From NCBI GenBank assembly GCA_016869285.1, contig VGEN01000003.1, forward strand, positions 150-64,149: a stretch of 64,000 nucleotides of DNA, read 5' to 3'. The notes under the pieces are model-generated. The model saw only the letters and a list, made by a program, of their open reading frames with translations, searched no databases and was not told the DNA's origin. Shown piece by piece: positions 21,065 to 29,957 of this stretch (positions are counted from its first letter, which is position 1; each line of letters opens with the position of its first letter). The position numbers and the translations under genes are program-made. This stretch comes from Alphaproteobacteria bacterium (GTDB lineage: Bacteria > Pseudomonadota > Alphaproteobacteria > SHVZ01).

Positions 21065-21994
21065 CCCGAGCCGCCGGTCGAGATCGTCTGGAACGAGGCG
21101 ACCGTCGACGACTGGCGGCGCCTGATCGGCTCGGTTGAGGGCGGGACGCTGCCGCAATCCTGGGCCTATGCCCAGGCGATGCCGGCGGCCGAAGGACAGA
21201 TCCCGCACTTCGGCGTCATTCGCAACCGGGACGGCGAGGTGGGCTGCGTGCTCGCGCTCGAGCGCCGGGCGATGTCGGTCTTCAGTCGGATCTCGATCCA
21301 TCGCGGACCGCTCTGGCTCAGGCCCGATCCGCCGCTTGCGGCAACGCTGGCGGCACTCAGGCGCCGATGGCCGCGTCGCCCGTGGCGGCGCATTTCCTTC
21401 ATCCCCGAGCTGCCCGCCGGCGCCGACAGCCATCGCGCATTGACCGAGGCCGGCTTCCATCGCGCCGGCGAAGGCTACCGCTCGATCCTGGTCGATCTGC
21501 CGCACGCTCGTGAACGCCTGCGTGCAACCTGGCGCCATGAGTTGCAGCGCGCCGAGCGTCATGATGTGTCGGTCGAGGTCGATCGCCACGGCAAGGCGAC
21601 GTTGCCCTGGCTACTGCAACGCTACGAGATCGACCGGAAGCTGCGGGGCTATCGCGGCCCCTCGAACAGGCTGGCGCTCCAGCTTGTGCTCGCTGCGCGG
21701 GCCGCGAGCGACGCATTGGTGGTGATCGCGAGCCATGGCGCCGAGCGGATTGCCGGCATCCTGGTCATCCGCCACGGCGACACGGCCACATATCTGGTCG
21801 GCTGGACCGGGGGAGAGGGACGGCGTCTCGGCGCCACTCATCTGCTCCTCTGGCGAGCGATGAAAACCCTCGCCGGAGACGGCGTCCGCCGCTTCGACCT
21901 CGGCGGCATCAACCCGGAGGCCGCGCCGGGCCTCACCCTGTTCAAGCGCGGCCTCGGCGGTCGCGAGTACGAACTCATCGGCACCTATACGTGA
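21065..21994 (+). CDS. FemAB-like / GNAT-fold acyltransferase (Acetyltransf_6-like)
   Basis: C-terminal ...HGDTATYLVGWTG...GGINPEAAPGLTLFKRGLGG, typical of FemAB/BioF2-like GNAT proteins. ATG is immediately after the upstream stop, consistent with translational coupling. Confidence 0.6.
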   Translation, partial: PEPPVEIVWNEATVDDWRRLIGSVEGGTLPQSWAYAQAMPAAEGQIPHFGVIRNRDGEVGCVLALERRAMSVFSRISIHRGPLWLRPDPPLAATLAALRRRWPRRPWRRISFIPELPAGADSHRALTEAGFHRAGEGYRSILVDLPHARERLRATWRHELQRAERHDVSVEVDRHGKATLPWLLQRYEIDRKLRGYRGPSNRLALQLVLAARAASDALVVIASHGAERIAGILVIRHGDTATYLVGWTGGEGRRLGATHLLLWRAMKTLAGDGVRRFDLGGINPEAAPGLTLFKRGLGGREYELIGTYT

Positions 21995-22006
21995 TATACA
22001 GATCCC

Positions 22007-22664
22007 ATGCTGACCTTCCTGCATACGGCCGAGTCCAACGTCGTCGCCGTCGGCAAGCTGATGGCGGAGCTGGCGCCCGAGATCCCGATTCGACACTATC
22101 TATCCGCAGAGTTGCTGGCCGAGGCGGTCAAAGCGGGGACCGTGACCGATGCGGTTGCCGCCGGCGTGCGCGCCAAGCTCACGGAGGCTGCCTCGGGGGC
22201 CTCAGTCGTGGTCTGCACCTGCTCGACCATCGGCGCCGTCGCCGAGGCCGCCGATGGCAGCTTGCCGGCGCCGGTCCAGCGCATCGACCGCGCCATGGCG
22301 GAGGCGGCCGTCGCCAGGGGCCGCCGCATTCTGGTCGCGGCCTGCGTCTCTTCCACCGTCGGTCCCACCTCCGACCTGCTGGCCAAGGTCGCCCACAGGG
22401 GCCGGGCGGACCGCCGATCTCCGGGTCGCGCTGATCGCCGAGGCGTGGCCGAAATTCCTGGCCGGCGACGTCAAGGGCTACGAGGCGACGATCGTCGACC
22501 GGCTTGCACGCGAGAAGGGCGATGCCGAGGTGATCGTCCTGGCCCAGGCCTCGATGGCAGGGGCGGCGGCGGAGGCCGAGCGGCGTCTCGGCCTGCCGGT
22601 GCTGACCAGCCCGCGGCTCGGCGTTACCGCCGCGATCGCCGCGTGGCGGCAGGCGCAGGGCTGA
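22007..22664 (+). pseudogene. Asp/Glu/hydantoin racemase family gene interrupted by a frameshift near 22390-22400
   Basis: N-terminal about 130 aa (VVVCTCSTIG...ILVAACVSST) in one frame and C-terminal about 90 aa (ADLRVALIAEAWPKF...EVIVLAQASMAG) in another. The junction lies at a G-run (cacaggggccggg). Confidence 0.6.
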
Positions 22665-22670
22665 GCGCCG

Positions 22671-23138
22671 ATGCCCGTCATCCAATACGGCGCCATGCAG
22701 CCGCGCCTGCGCGAACTCTACGCCTTCTGGGACGATCGGCGCCAGCGCTCGGGCGGCAAGCTGCCTTCGATCCTGAGGGTCCATGCCGAGAGCTTGACGC
22801 CCTGGCTCAGCAACCTGGTGATCATGACCGTCCGCCGCGAGGGCGAATTCGCCTATCGCTACTACCCCAAGACCTTCGTCGAGCAGTTCGGCGTCGATAT
22901 GTCGGGCAAGCTGACGACCGAGCTGCCAGATGCGCAGCGCGCGCTGCTCGAGCATGAGTACGACTATGTTCGCCAGAAGCGGCGCCCGACCTGGCGCGTC
23001 TATTCCGGCGAGTTCGACAACGAGATCGTTACATGGGAGCGGCTGATCCTGCCTTTCGCCGCCGATGGCGAGGCGATCGACACCCTCCTGGTCGGCGTCT
23101 ACGAAGCCAAGAACGCGGGGCTCTTCGAGATCGCTTAA
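22671..23138 (+). CDS. small PAS_5-like (alphaproteobacterial PAS-fold) hypothetical protein
   Basis: 155 aa. Motif pattern LRELYAFWDDRRQRSGGKLPSI...L..WLSNLVIMTV resembles the Rhizobiales PAS_5 family. The stop overlaps the convergent M20 gene stop at a TTAA. Confidence 0.5.
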   Translation: MPVIQYGAMQPRLRELYAFWDDRRQRSGGKLPSILRVHAESLTPWLSNLVIMTVRREGEFAYRYYPKTFVEQFGVDMSGKLTTELPDAQRALLEHEYDYVRQKRRPTWRVYSGEFDNEIVTWERLILPFAADGEAIDTLLVGVYEAKNAGLFEIA

Positions 23139-24625
23139 GCCGGCAGCTTCGCTCGCGACAGCGGTCCGGCGACGTTCGGGTCGGCCGCGCCGAGCGGTGT
23201 GCCGCTGTCGGGGCGGCGCTTGAAGGGTAGCTCGATCGAGGCAGGGATCGGGCAGACATAGGGCTTGCCCGAGACGCGCTCCTTGAGCTCGGCCTTGGCC
23301 TTGGCCAGCAGCTCCGGGCTCTCGATCGCGTCGATCGCGGTCGCGGCCATCGCCTTGGCGGCGTGGATCATGCCCTTGTGCGCTGCCGGCAGCTTTCCCT
23401 GGGTCACCAGCTGCCAGGAGTGGCCCGGCGTGCCGACGGCAAAGCAGGCACCCCAGGCCTGGACCGTCGGCGTCACCCAGGAGACGTCGCCGACATCGGT
23501 CGATCCGAACAGCACCTGCGGCGTGCCGTCGAAGGGCAGGATGTCGTCATGCAGAACCTTCGGGTAGCTGGTCGGAAGGCCGACGGATTTGAGCGCGGAG
23601 GCAACGTCGGCCGGCGTCATCGCCGCCTTGCGCAGCCTTTCGGCAAATGCGCGGTCCTTGTCGTCGAACGGCGTCGGGCCGAGGCGTTTCACGTTCTCGT
23701 ATAGCGCCATCTCGAGGGCTGTGTTCGGCAGCACGTTGGAGCAGGCCTTGTCGAAATCGACCACGGCCTGAGTCTCGGTCATCAGCGCCGCGCCTTCGGC
23801 GATCTTCTTGACCCGCTCGAACAGCTCGACGGTCTCGGTGACATCGGGCGCACGCACGAGGTAAAGGACCTCGGCCTTCGCCTGCACGACGTTGGGCGAG
23901 ATGCCGCCGGTATTGGTGATGGCGCAGTGGACGCGCGCATCGGGCGGCATATGCTCACGCATGTAGTTGACGCCGACATTCATCAGCTCGACAGCATCCA
24001 GCGCGCTGCGGCCGAGATGCGGCGATCCGGCGGCATGCGCAGCGCGCCCGCTGAAGCGGAAATAGGCTTGGATGTTGGCGAGAGTGCGCACCGACATCAC
24101 GCCGTAGAAATCGTCCGGATGCCAGGTCACGGCGCAGTCGAGATCGGCGAACATGCCGGCACGCGCCATGAAGGTCTTGCCCGAGCCTCCTTCCTCGGCC
24201 GGGCAGCCGTAGTAGCGGATGCGGCCCGACCGCTTGCCGGCCGTCAGGTAGTCCTTCACCGCGGCGGCGGCGAGCAGAGCGCCGGTGCCAAGCAGGTTGT
24301 GGCCGCAGCCCTGGCCGTTCGGCCCGTCGGCCGGGGCGCGCTCGGTCAAGCCCGATTTCTGGCTCAGGCCGGAGAGAGCATCGTATTCCCCGAGGAACCC
24401 GATCAGCGGCCCGCCTTCGCCGATCTCGGCCTCGAAGGCGGTCGGGATGCCGGCGACGCCCGCCTTCACCTTGAAGCCTTCGCGCTCCAGCATCTCGATC
24501 TGGGCTGCGACCGACTTCTCTTCCTGATAGCGGAGCTCGGCAAGGTCCCAGACCTTGTCGCTGAGCGCGGTGTAGGCCGGGATCTTCGCCTCGATCACCG
24601 AGGCGATGCGCGTGATGTCTTTCAT
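23135..24625 (-). CDS. M20 family amidohydrolase (AbgB-like aminobenzoyl-glutamate utilization protein B type)
   Basis: GCGHNLLG metal-binding motif and M20D dimerization domain. Start at MKDITRIAS. Confidence 0.75.
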   Translation of the reverse strand: MKDITRIASVIEAKIPAYTALSDKVWDLAELRYQEEKSVAAQIEMLEREGFKVKAGVAGIPTAFEAEIGEGGPLIGFLGEYDALSGLSQKSGLTERAPADGPNGQGCGHNLLGTGALLAAAAVKDYLTAGKRSGRIRYYGCPAEEGGSGKTFMARAGMFADLDCAVTWHPDDFYGVMSVRTLANIQAYFRFSGRAAHAAGSPHLGRSALDAVELMNVGVNYMREHMPPDARVHCAITNTGGISPNVVQAKAEVLYLVRAPDVTETVELFERVKKIAEGAALMTETQAVVDFDKACSNVLPNTALEMALYENVKRLGPTPFDDKDRAFAERLRKAAMTPADVASALKSVGLPTSYPKVLHDDILPFDGTPQVLFGSTDVGDVSWVTPTVQAWGACFAVGTPGHSWQLVTQGKLPAAHKGMIHAAKAMAATAIDAIESPELLAKAKAELKERVSGKPYVCPIPASIELPFKRRPDSGTPLGAADPNVAGPLSRAKLPA

Positions 24626-24694
24626 CGAAGAAAGTCCTTGAGGCGGGACCCAGACCATAGCTCCGGCGAGGGCCCTAGGCCACCCTCGGCGCCA

Positions 24695-25093
24695 TCACAT
24701 AGAAGGCTTTCCCGACTGCGTCTTCTCGAGGTCGGTTTGGAGCTGGGAGGCGCGCGATCCGAGGTTGCGCAGATGCGAGGTGTAGGCCAGCACCAGAGCG
24801 CGCAGCACCGGCGGAGCATCGGCCAGCACCTTGTCGAAGACGCGCTGGTCGATGACCAGCGCGACCATCTTGTCGATGGCCGTGACGGTCGCCATGCGCG
24901 GTGCCTTGTCGATCAACGCCATCTCGCCGACGATCGCTCCAGGTCCGAGCTTGTTCAGGATCACCTTGCGGCCATCGACCATCTTCGACACTTCGACTTG
25001 GCCATGCTCGATCATATAGGCGCGGTCGCCGGCCGCGCCTTCGCGCAGTAGCACGTCGCCGGCGACGAAGGTCCTGGCCTGGAAGAGATCCAT
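24695..25093 (-). CDS. stand-alone cyclic-nucleotide-binding (cNMP) domain protein without a DNA-binding domain
   Basis: cNMP-binding beta-roll motifs (GEMALID...RMATVTA). 132 aa. No C-terminal helix-turn-helix. Confidence 0.7.
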   Translation of the reverse strand: MDLFQARTFVAGDVLLREGAAGDRAYMIEHGQVEVSKMVDGRKVILNKLGPGAIVGEMALIDKAPRMATVTAIDKMVALVIDQRVFDKVLADAPPVLRALVLAYTSHLRNLGSRASQLQTDLEKTQSGKPSM

Positions 25094-25102
25094 CGCTCCT
25101 TC

Positions 25103-26239
25103 CTAGAGCCGCCGGACGGCAATGGCGAGGCGGCGGTAGTCATCCATCTCGTTGTAGAGCTGCGCCGAGACGCGGACCCAGAGCGCGTTGTCGAGAGCGT
25201 TGACCGGCACATCGATCCTGTGGTTCTGCCAGAGCTTGAGGCGGATATCCGGCGGGCCGCCTGACGCGAGCGGCAGCCGGATCATGCGCATCGAGCCGGC
25301 AAGCGCCGCCGGGGCGCCGAGGCGCGTCTTCCATGCGTCGGCAAGGTAGGTGCCGGCCTCTTCCGCGAGCGCACGATTGCGCGCCTTGATGCGCGAGTCG
25401 CCGAAGGTCTGGCGGAAGGCGAGTGCCGCCGGCACCGACAGATAGGGCGAAGGATCGCGGGTTCCGGTCCAGTCGAACTCGGCGACGTAGCCCTTGCCGA
25501 GCCCATGCGAGACGACGGGCGGGTGAAGCCGGGGCTGGTGCTCGCGCTTCGACCAGAGGAAGGCGGCGCCCTTCGGTGCTGACAGCCACTTGTGGCAGTT
25601 GCCGGTGTAGAAGTCGGCATCGAGCGCCGAGAGATCGAGCGGCACCTGGCCGGGCGCATGCGCACCGTCGACCAGCACGAGCGCGCCCGCCGCCCGGCAG
25701 GCGGCGATCAGGCGCTCGATCGGCATGACCACGGCGGTTGCCGAGGTGATGTGATCGAGCACCACCAGCCGCGTGCGCTCGTTCAAGCCCGACTTCAACG
25801 CGCCGACGATCGAGGTCCCGTCGTCCTCGACCGGGAAGGGGAAAGTCACCTCGACCACCTTGGCGCCGGCGCGGGCGGCCTCGTGGCGGACGATGTTCTT
25901 CACCGCATTGTAGGTCTGATCATTGATCAGGATCTCATCGCCGGGTTCGAGCGCGATCGAGCCGATCACGGACTGAACGCCGGCTGTCGCGTTGTCGACG
26001 AAGACGACGTCCTCGCCCGCGGCACCGAGATACTCGCCAAGCTCGGCCGCGGTGGCGCGCAGACGCTTCGGCAGCTGGCGAGTGAAGAAATCGCCGATCG
26101 TCCGCTCCATGTCCTGGCGCACGGCGTCCTGAGCAGCGAGCACCGGCTTTGGTGTCGCACCATAGCTGCCGTGGTTGAGATGGGTCGCGTTCCAATCGAG
26201 TGTCCAGAAGTGGCGGACGGCCTGGCCGAAATCGGGCAC
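25103..26239 (-). CDS. aminotransferase class V / isopenicillin-N-epimerase-like PLP-dependent enzyme
   Basis: Fold-type I PLP enzyme. NCHKWLSAPKG lysine region. 378 aa. Confidence 0.75.
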   Translation of the reverse strand: MPDFGQAVRHFWTLDWNATHLNHGSYGATPKPVLAAQDAVRQDMERTIGDFFTRQLPKRLRATAAELGEYLGAAGEDVVFVDNATAGVQSVIGSIALEPGDEILINDQTYNAVKNIVRHEAARAGAKVVEVTFPFPVEDDGTSIVGALKSGLNERTRLVVLDHITSATAVVMPIERLIAACRAAGALVLVDGAHAPGQVPLDLSALDADFYTGNCHKWLSAPKGAAFLWSKREHQPRLHPPVVSHGLGKGYVAEFDWTGTRDPSPYLSVPAALAFRQTFGDSRIKARNRALAEEAGTYLADAWKTRLGAPAALAGSMRMIRLPLASGGPPDIRLKLWQNHRIDVPVNALDNALWVRVSAQLYNEMDDYRRLAIAVRRL

Positions 26240-26834
26240 GGGATCTCCTTGAGAAGCGAGACATTGCAGCGGCGGGCTCTCCGGTGCCGGATCGACCGTC
26301 GGCGCGTCGATGCCCCCTTATCCGATCGAATAACGACGCCGCCGCTCGAACCAAATCATATCTCGGTCCGACTAACTTGGTTGCCCGCAAATCGTCACAC
26401 CTCTGTGACACCAGTCACGGCTTTACGCGTAACGGGGGCTGAGGATGATGGCGTTTCCTGAAGGCAGTGTGCATGAGCTCGTTTCGCTTCGCGGTAGAAC
26501 CTCCCCAACCGATGTGCCGGACGACGGTCGCGAGCTGGTTCGTCGGCGTCGGCCTCTGGGCGGCGGCGCTCGCCCTTCTCTCGATCCCGTAAGAGCGCGG
26601 GCGCTCGGTGCCGTTCCTCCTCCGCCTGCTGACGTCGTCGGCCGTGCCGTCTGGAACGCGGCCGACCGTGCCCGTCGCCTCGGCTCGTCGGTCGCCCTGG
26701 TCCAGGATGAGGACGCCGACGCCTCCCGTCCGCCACTGAACCGCCCGCTCATGCCGGCCTGCCTTGCGGGCTTCGGCCTCTCCGCAATAGTGCTCTTCCT
26801 TCTCTGCGCGGAGTAGGGCAAGACTGTCGGCCGA

Positions 26835-27524
26835 ATGACCGACAGCGCCTCCGAGCCGGCCGGCTCCAGATCTCCCCGGTTTCACCACAGCATCGGACGA
26901 CGCCTGCGCGGCTGGCTGGTCGCGGGGATACTCGTCACCGCCCCGCTCGCGCTCACCTCCTATATCGTCTGGGAGCTGATCGGGTATTTCGACGCGCTGG
27001 TCGAGCGCTGGATTCCGGTTCATCTCAATCCCGGGACCTATCTGCCGTTCAAGATTCCCGGGTACGGCGTCCTCGTCGTGGCCCTCGGCCTGACGCTGAT
27101 CGGCGCGGTCACGGCGAGCCTGATCGGACGATGGGCTATCGGGCTCGGCGACCGGATCATCGCGCGCACGCCGCTGGTCAGCGGCCTCTATGGCGCGATC
27201 AAGCAGGTCGTCGAGACCGTCTTCGCGCAGAAGTCGGAGACCTTCCGCCAGGTCGTCCTGGTCGAGTATCCGCGTCGCGAGGCTTGGACCATCGCCTTCG
27301 TCTGCGGGCAGACCCACACCGAGGTCGTGCGCGAGATCGGCGAGGAGCTGATCCCGATCTACGTGCCGACGACTCCGAACCCGACCTCGGGCTTTCTCCT
27401 GTTCGTGCCGCGCAACCAGATCAAGCCGCTCAAGATGACGGTCGAGGAGGCGCTCAAGCTGATCGTCAGCCTCGGTATCGTGCTGCCGCCCGACCGCGGC
27501 GTCGACACCATCGCCAAGGACTAG
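26835..27524 (+). CDS. DUF502 family membrane protein
   Basis: Two N-terminal TM helices followed by the conserved DUF502 core (PLVSGLYGAIKQV...TSGFLLFVP). Confidence 0.75.
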   Translation: MTDSASEPAGSRSPRFHHSIGRRLRGWLVAGILVTAPLALTSYIVWELIGYFDALVERWIPVHLNPGTYLPFKIPGYGVLVVALGLTLIGAVTASLIGRWAIGLGDRIIARTPLVSGLYGAIKQVVETVFAQKSETFRQVVLVEYPRREAWTIAFVCGQTHTEVVREIGEELIPIYVPTTPNPTSGFLLFVPRNQIKPLKMTVEEALKLIVSLGIVLPPDRGVDTIAKD

Positions 27525-29614
27525 CCCGAGCGCAGGTAACGGACCGCGGCGTCGCGCTCGAACAGGTAGAGCAGCGTGCGGAGCGCCTTGCCGCGCTCGC
27601 CTTCAAGCTCCGGATCGCGCGCGAGAATCAGCTTCACGTCGTCGGCCGCGATCGGCAGCAGGTCGCCATGGACGGCGAGATCCGCTGCCTTAAACTCGGG
27701 CAGGCCGCTCTGGCGCTTGCCCAGCACCTCGCCGGCGCCGCGGAGCCTTAGATCCTCCTCGGCGATGCGGAACCCGTCATCGGTCTCGCGCAGCGTCGCC
27801 AGCCGCGCCTTCGCTGCCTCGCCGAGCGGCGCCTGGTAGAGAAGGAGGCAGGTCGCCGCCTTGTCGCCGCGGCCGATGCGCCCGCGCAGCTGATGCAGCT
27901 GGGCCAGGCCGAAGCGCTCCGCATGCTCGATCACCATCACGGTGGCCGCCGGCACGTCGACGCCGACCTCGATCACCGTGGTCGCGACCAGAAGCTTCGC
28001 GGTGCCGTCGGCGAAGGCGGCCATCGCCTTGTCCTTGTCGGCGGCCTTGAGGCGGCCGTGCACGAGCGCGACGCGGTCGGTGCCGAACCGTGCGGCAAGC
28101 TCGGCGTGCCGCACCTCGGCGGCAGTGGTGTCGTCGGGTGCGCCCTCGCTCGTATCCTCGATCAGGGGGCAGACCCAGAAAACCTGGCCGCCCCCAGCGA
28201 TCGCGCGCCCGACCGCGTCGACGACCTCGGAAAGCCGTTCGAGCGGCACCGTCCGCGTATCCACGGGCTTCCGCCCAGCCGGCTTCTCCGTCAGGCGCGA
28301 GACGTCGAGATCGCCATAGGCAGCCAGCATCAGCGTGCGCGGGATCGGCGTCGCGGTCATCGCCAGCACGTCGACCGCGCGTCCTTTTGCGGCAAGCTCC
28401 ACCCTCTGATCGACGCCGAAGCGGTGCTGCTCGTCGACCACGGCGAGCGCCAGATCGCGGAAGGCGACGCCATCCTGAACCAGCGCATGCGTGCCGACGG
28501 CGAGCGGAATCGCGCCGGAGGCGAAGCCGGCCAGGATCTCCTCGCGCCTCTTGCCCTTGTCGCGCCCGGTCAGCAGCGCCACCGGGACTCCGGCGGCCTC
28601 GGCCAGCGGCTCGATCGTCGCCATGTGCTGGCGTGCCAGGATTTCGGTCGGGGCCATCAACGCGGCCTGCGATCCCGCCTCGACCGCGGCGATCATCGCC
28701 AGCAGGGCGACGACGGTCTTGCCGGAGCCGACATCGCCTTGCAGCAGGCGGAGCATGCGCTTGTCGCCGGCGAGGTCGGCGGCGATCTCGGCATCGGCCT
28801 CGACCTGCGAACGGGTGAGCTCGTAGGGAAGCGCCGACAGGATCCTGGCGCGGAGCTTGCCGGTGCCCCTGGTCTCGCGCCCGGCCTGACGCTTCTGGTG
28901 CTGGCGCATCAGCGCCAGCGCCAGCTGGTTCGCCAGCAGCTCGTCATAGGCAAGCCGCGTGCGCCCCGAAGCGGTCGGCTCCAGGTCCCCCTGGCCCGCC
29001 GGGCCGTGCAGCATGCCGATCGCCTCGCGCCAGCTCGGCCAGCGGCGTTGCTCGCGGAGCGGCTTGTCCATCCACTCCGGCAGCTCGGGCGTGCGCTCGA
29101 CAGCTAGCTCGATTGCCTTCCTCAGCGTGCCGGCCGGTAGGCCCGCCGTCAGCGGATAGACGGGCTCGAGACGCAGCAGCTCCTCGGCCTGGTCCTCGCC
29201 GACGATTCGGTCGGGATGCGCCATCTGCACGCGGCCCTGGAAGCGCTCGACCCGGCCGCTGACCAGGCGCACCTCGCCGAGCGGCAGCGCCTTGGCGAGC
29301 CAGTCGCCCTTCGCATGGAAGAAGACGAGCTCGACAGTGCCGCTCTCGTCACGCGCGAGCACCCGATAGGGCCGCCTCGGGTTCGGTGACGGGACGTGCT
29401 CGGCGATCCGAACCTTGAGCGTGCAGATCCGCCCCTCCGGCGCCTCGGCGACGCTCGGCTGGAAGCGGCGGTCGACCAGGCCGAAGGGCCGGTGCCACAG
29501 GAGGTCCACCACCTTCGGCCCGGCAACCTTGGCGATCAGCTTGCCGAAGCGCGGGCCGATGCCCGGCAATGTGGTCACGTCGGCGAAGAGCGGAAAGAGG
29601 ACAGCGGGGCGCAT
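27521..29614 (-). CDS. recG: ATP-dependent DNA helicase RecG
   Basis: Wedge domain followed by helicase motifs (GDVGSGKT, DEQHRFG, QLRGRIGRG). Start at MRPAVLFPLF. Confidence 0.9.
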   Translation of the reverse strand: MRPAVLFPLFADVTTLPGIGPRFGKLIAKVAGPKVVDLLWHRPFGLVDRRFQPSVAEAPEGRICTLKVRIAEHVPSPNPRRPYRVLARDESGTVELVFFHAKGDWLAKALPLGEVRLVSGRVERFQGRVQMAHPDRIVGEDQAEELLRLEPVYPLTAGLPAGTLRKAIELAVERTPELPEWMDKPLREQRRWPSWREAIGMLHGPAGQGDLEPTASGRTRLAYDELLANQLALALMRQHQKRQAGRETRGTGKLRARILSALPYELTRSQVEADAEIAADLAGDKRMLRLLQGDVGSGKTVVALLAMIAAVEAGSQAALMAPTEILARQHMATIEPLAEAAGVPVALLTGRDKGKRREEILAGFASGAIPLAVGTHALVQDGVAFRDLALAVVDEQHRFGVDQRVELAAKGRAVDVLAMTATPIPRTLMLAAYGDLDVSRLTEKPAGRKPVDTRTVPLERLSEVVDAVGRAIAGGGQVFWVCPLIEDTSEGAPDDTTAAEVRHAELAARFGTDRVALVHGRLKAADKDKAMAAFADGTAKLLVATTVIEVGVDVPAATVMVIEHAERFGLAQLHQLRGRIGRGDKAATCLLLYQAPLGEAAKARLATLRETDDGFRIAEEDLRLRGAGEVLGKRQSGLPEFKAADLAVHGDLLPIAADDVKLILARDPELEGERGKALRTLLYLFERDAAVRYLRSG

Positions 29615-29696
29615 GAAGCCGCCACTGTATCGCGATTCCGGGCGCTGACATCGGCCCTCGGAGGGCTTATACCCTGGCCCTTTCCCGGATACCCCC

Positions 29697-29957
29697 ATGT
29701 CCGACGAGCGCCTGAAACGCCTGATCTATCGCAGCTCCTACACCGGCACCAAGGAACTGGACCTGGTGCTGGGGGCGTTCGCGCGCGCGCATCTGGCGGA
29801 GCTGGGCGCGGCTCAGCTCGACCGCTACGAGGCCTTGCTGGGAGCCGAGAATCCGGACCTTTATGCCTGGGTCTTCAGCCGCGAGGAGCCGCCGGCCGAG
29901 CACGACACCGACGTGCTTCGCATGATCCACGGTTACGCCCGGACAAGCCGGGGCTGA
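29697..29957 (+). CDS. sdhE: succinate dehydrogenase flavinylation/assembly factor SdhE (Sdh5, DUF339)
   Basis: RLIYRS...GT.E.D motif. 86 aa. Stop overlaps the mfd start as ATGA. Confidence 0.8.
   Translation: MSDERLKRLIYRSSYTGTKELDLVLGAFARAHLAELGAAQLDRYEALLGAENPDLYAWVFSREEPPAEHDTDVLRMIHGYARTSRG

Noticed and set aside
26390-26405. Possible CRP/FNR site at GTCACAcctcTGTGAC
   Set aside because: Half-sites are in inverted order (TCACA...TGTGA) with a 4-nt spacer, not TGTGA-N6-TCACA, so not called as a CRP operator.
26445-26816. 123-aa plus-strand ORF in the long intergenic gap
   Set aside because: Poor third-position GC bias compared with real genes here and no recognisable motifs. Kept only as a possibility under the noncoding-gap finding.
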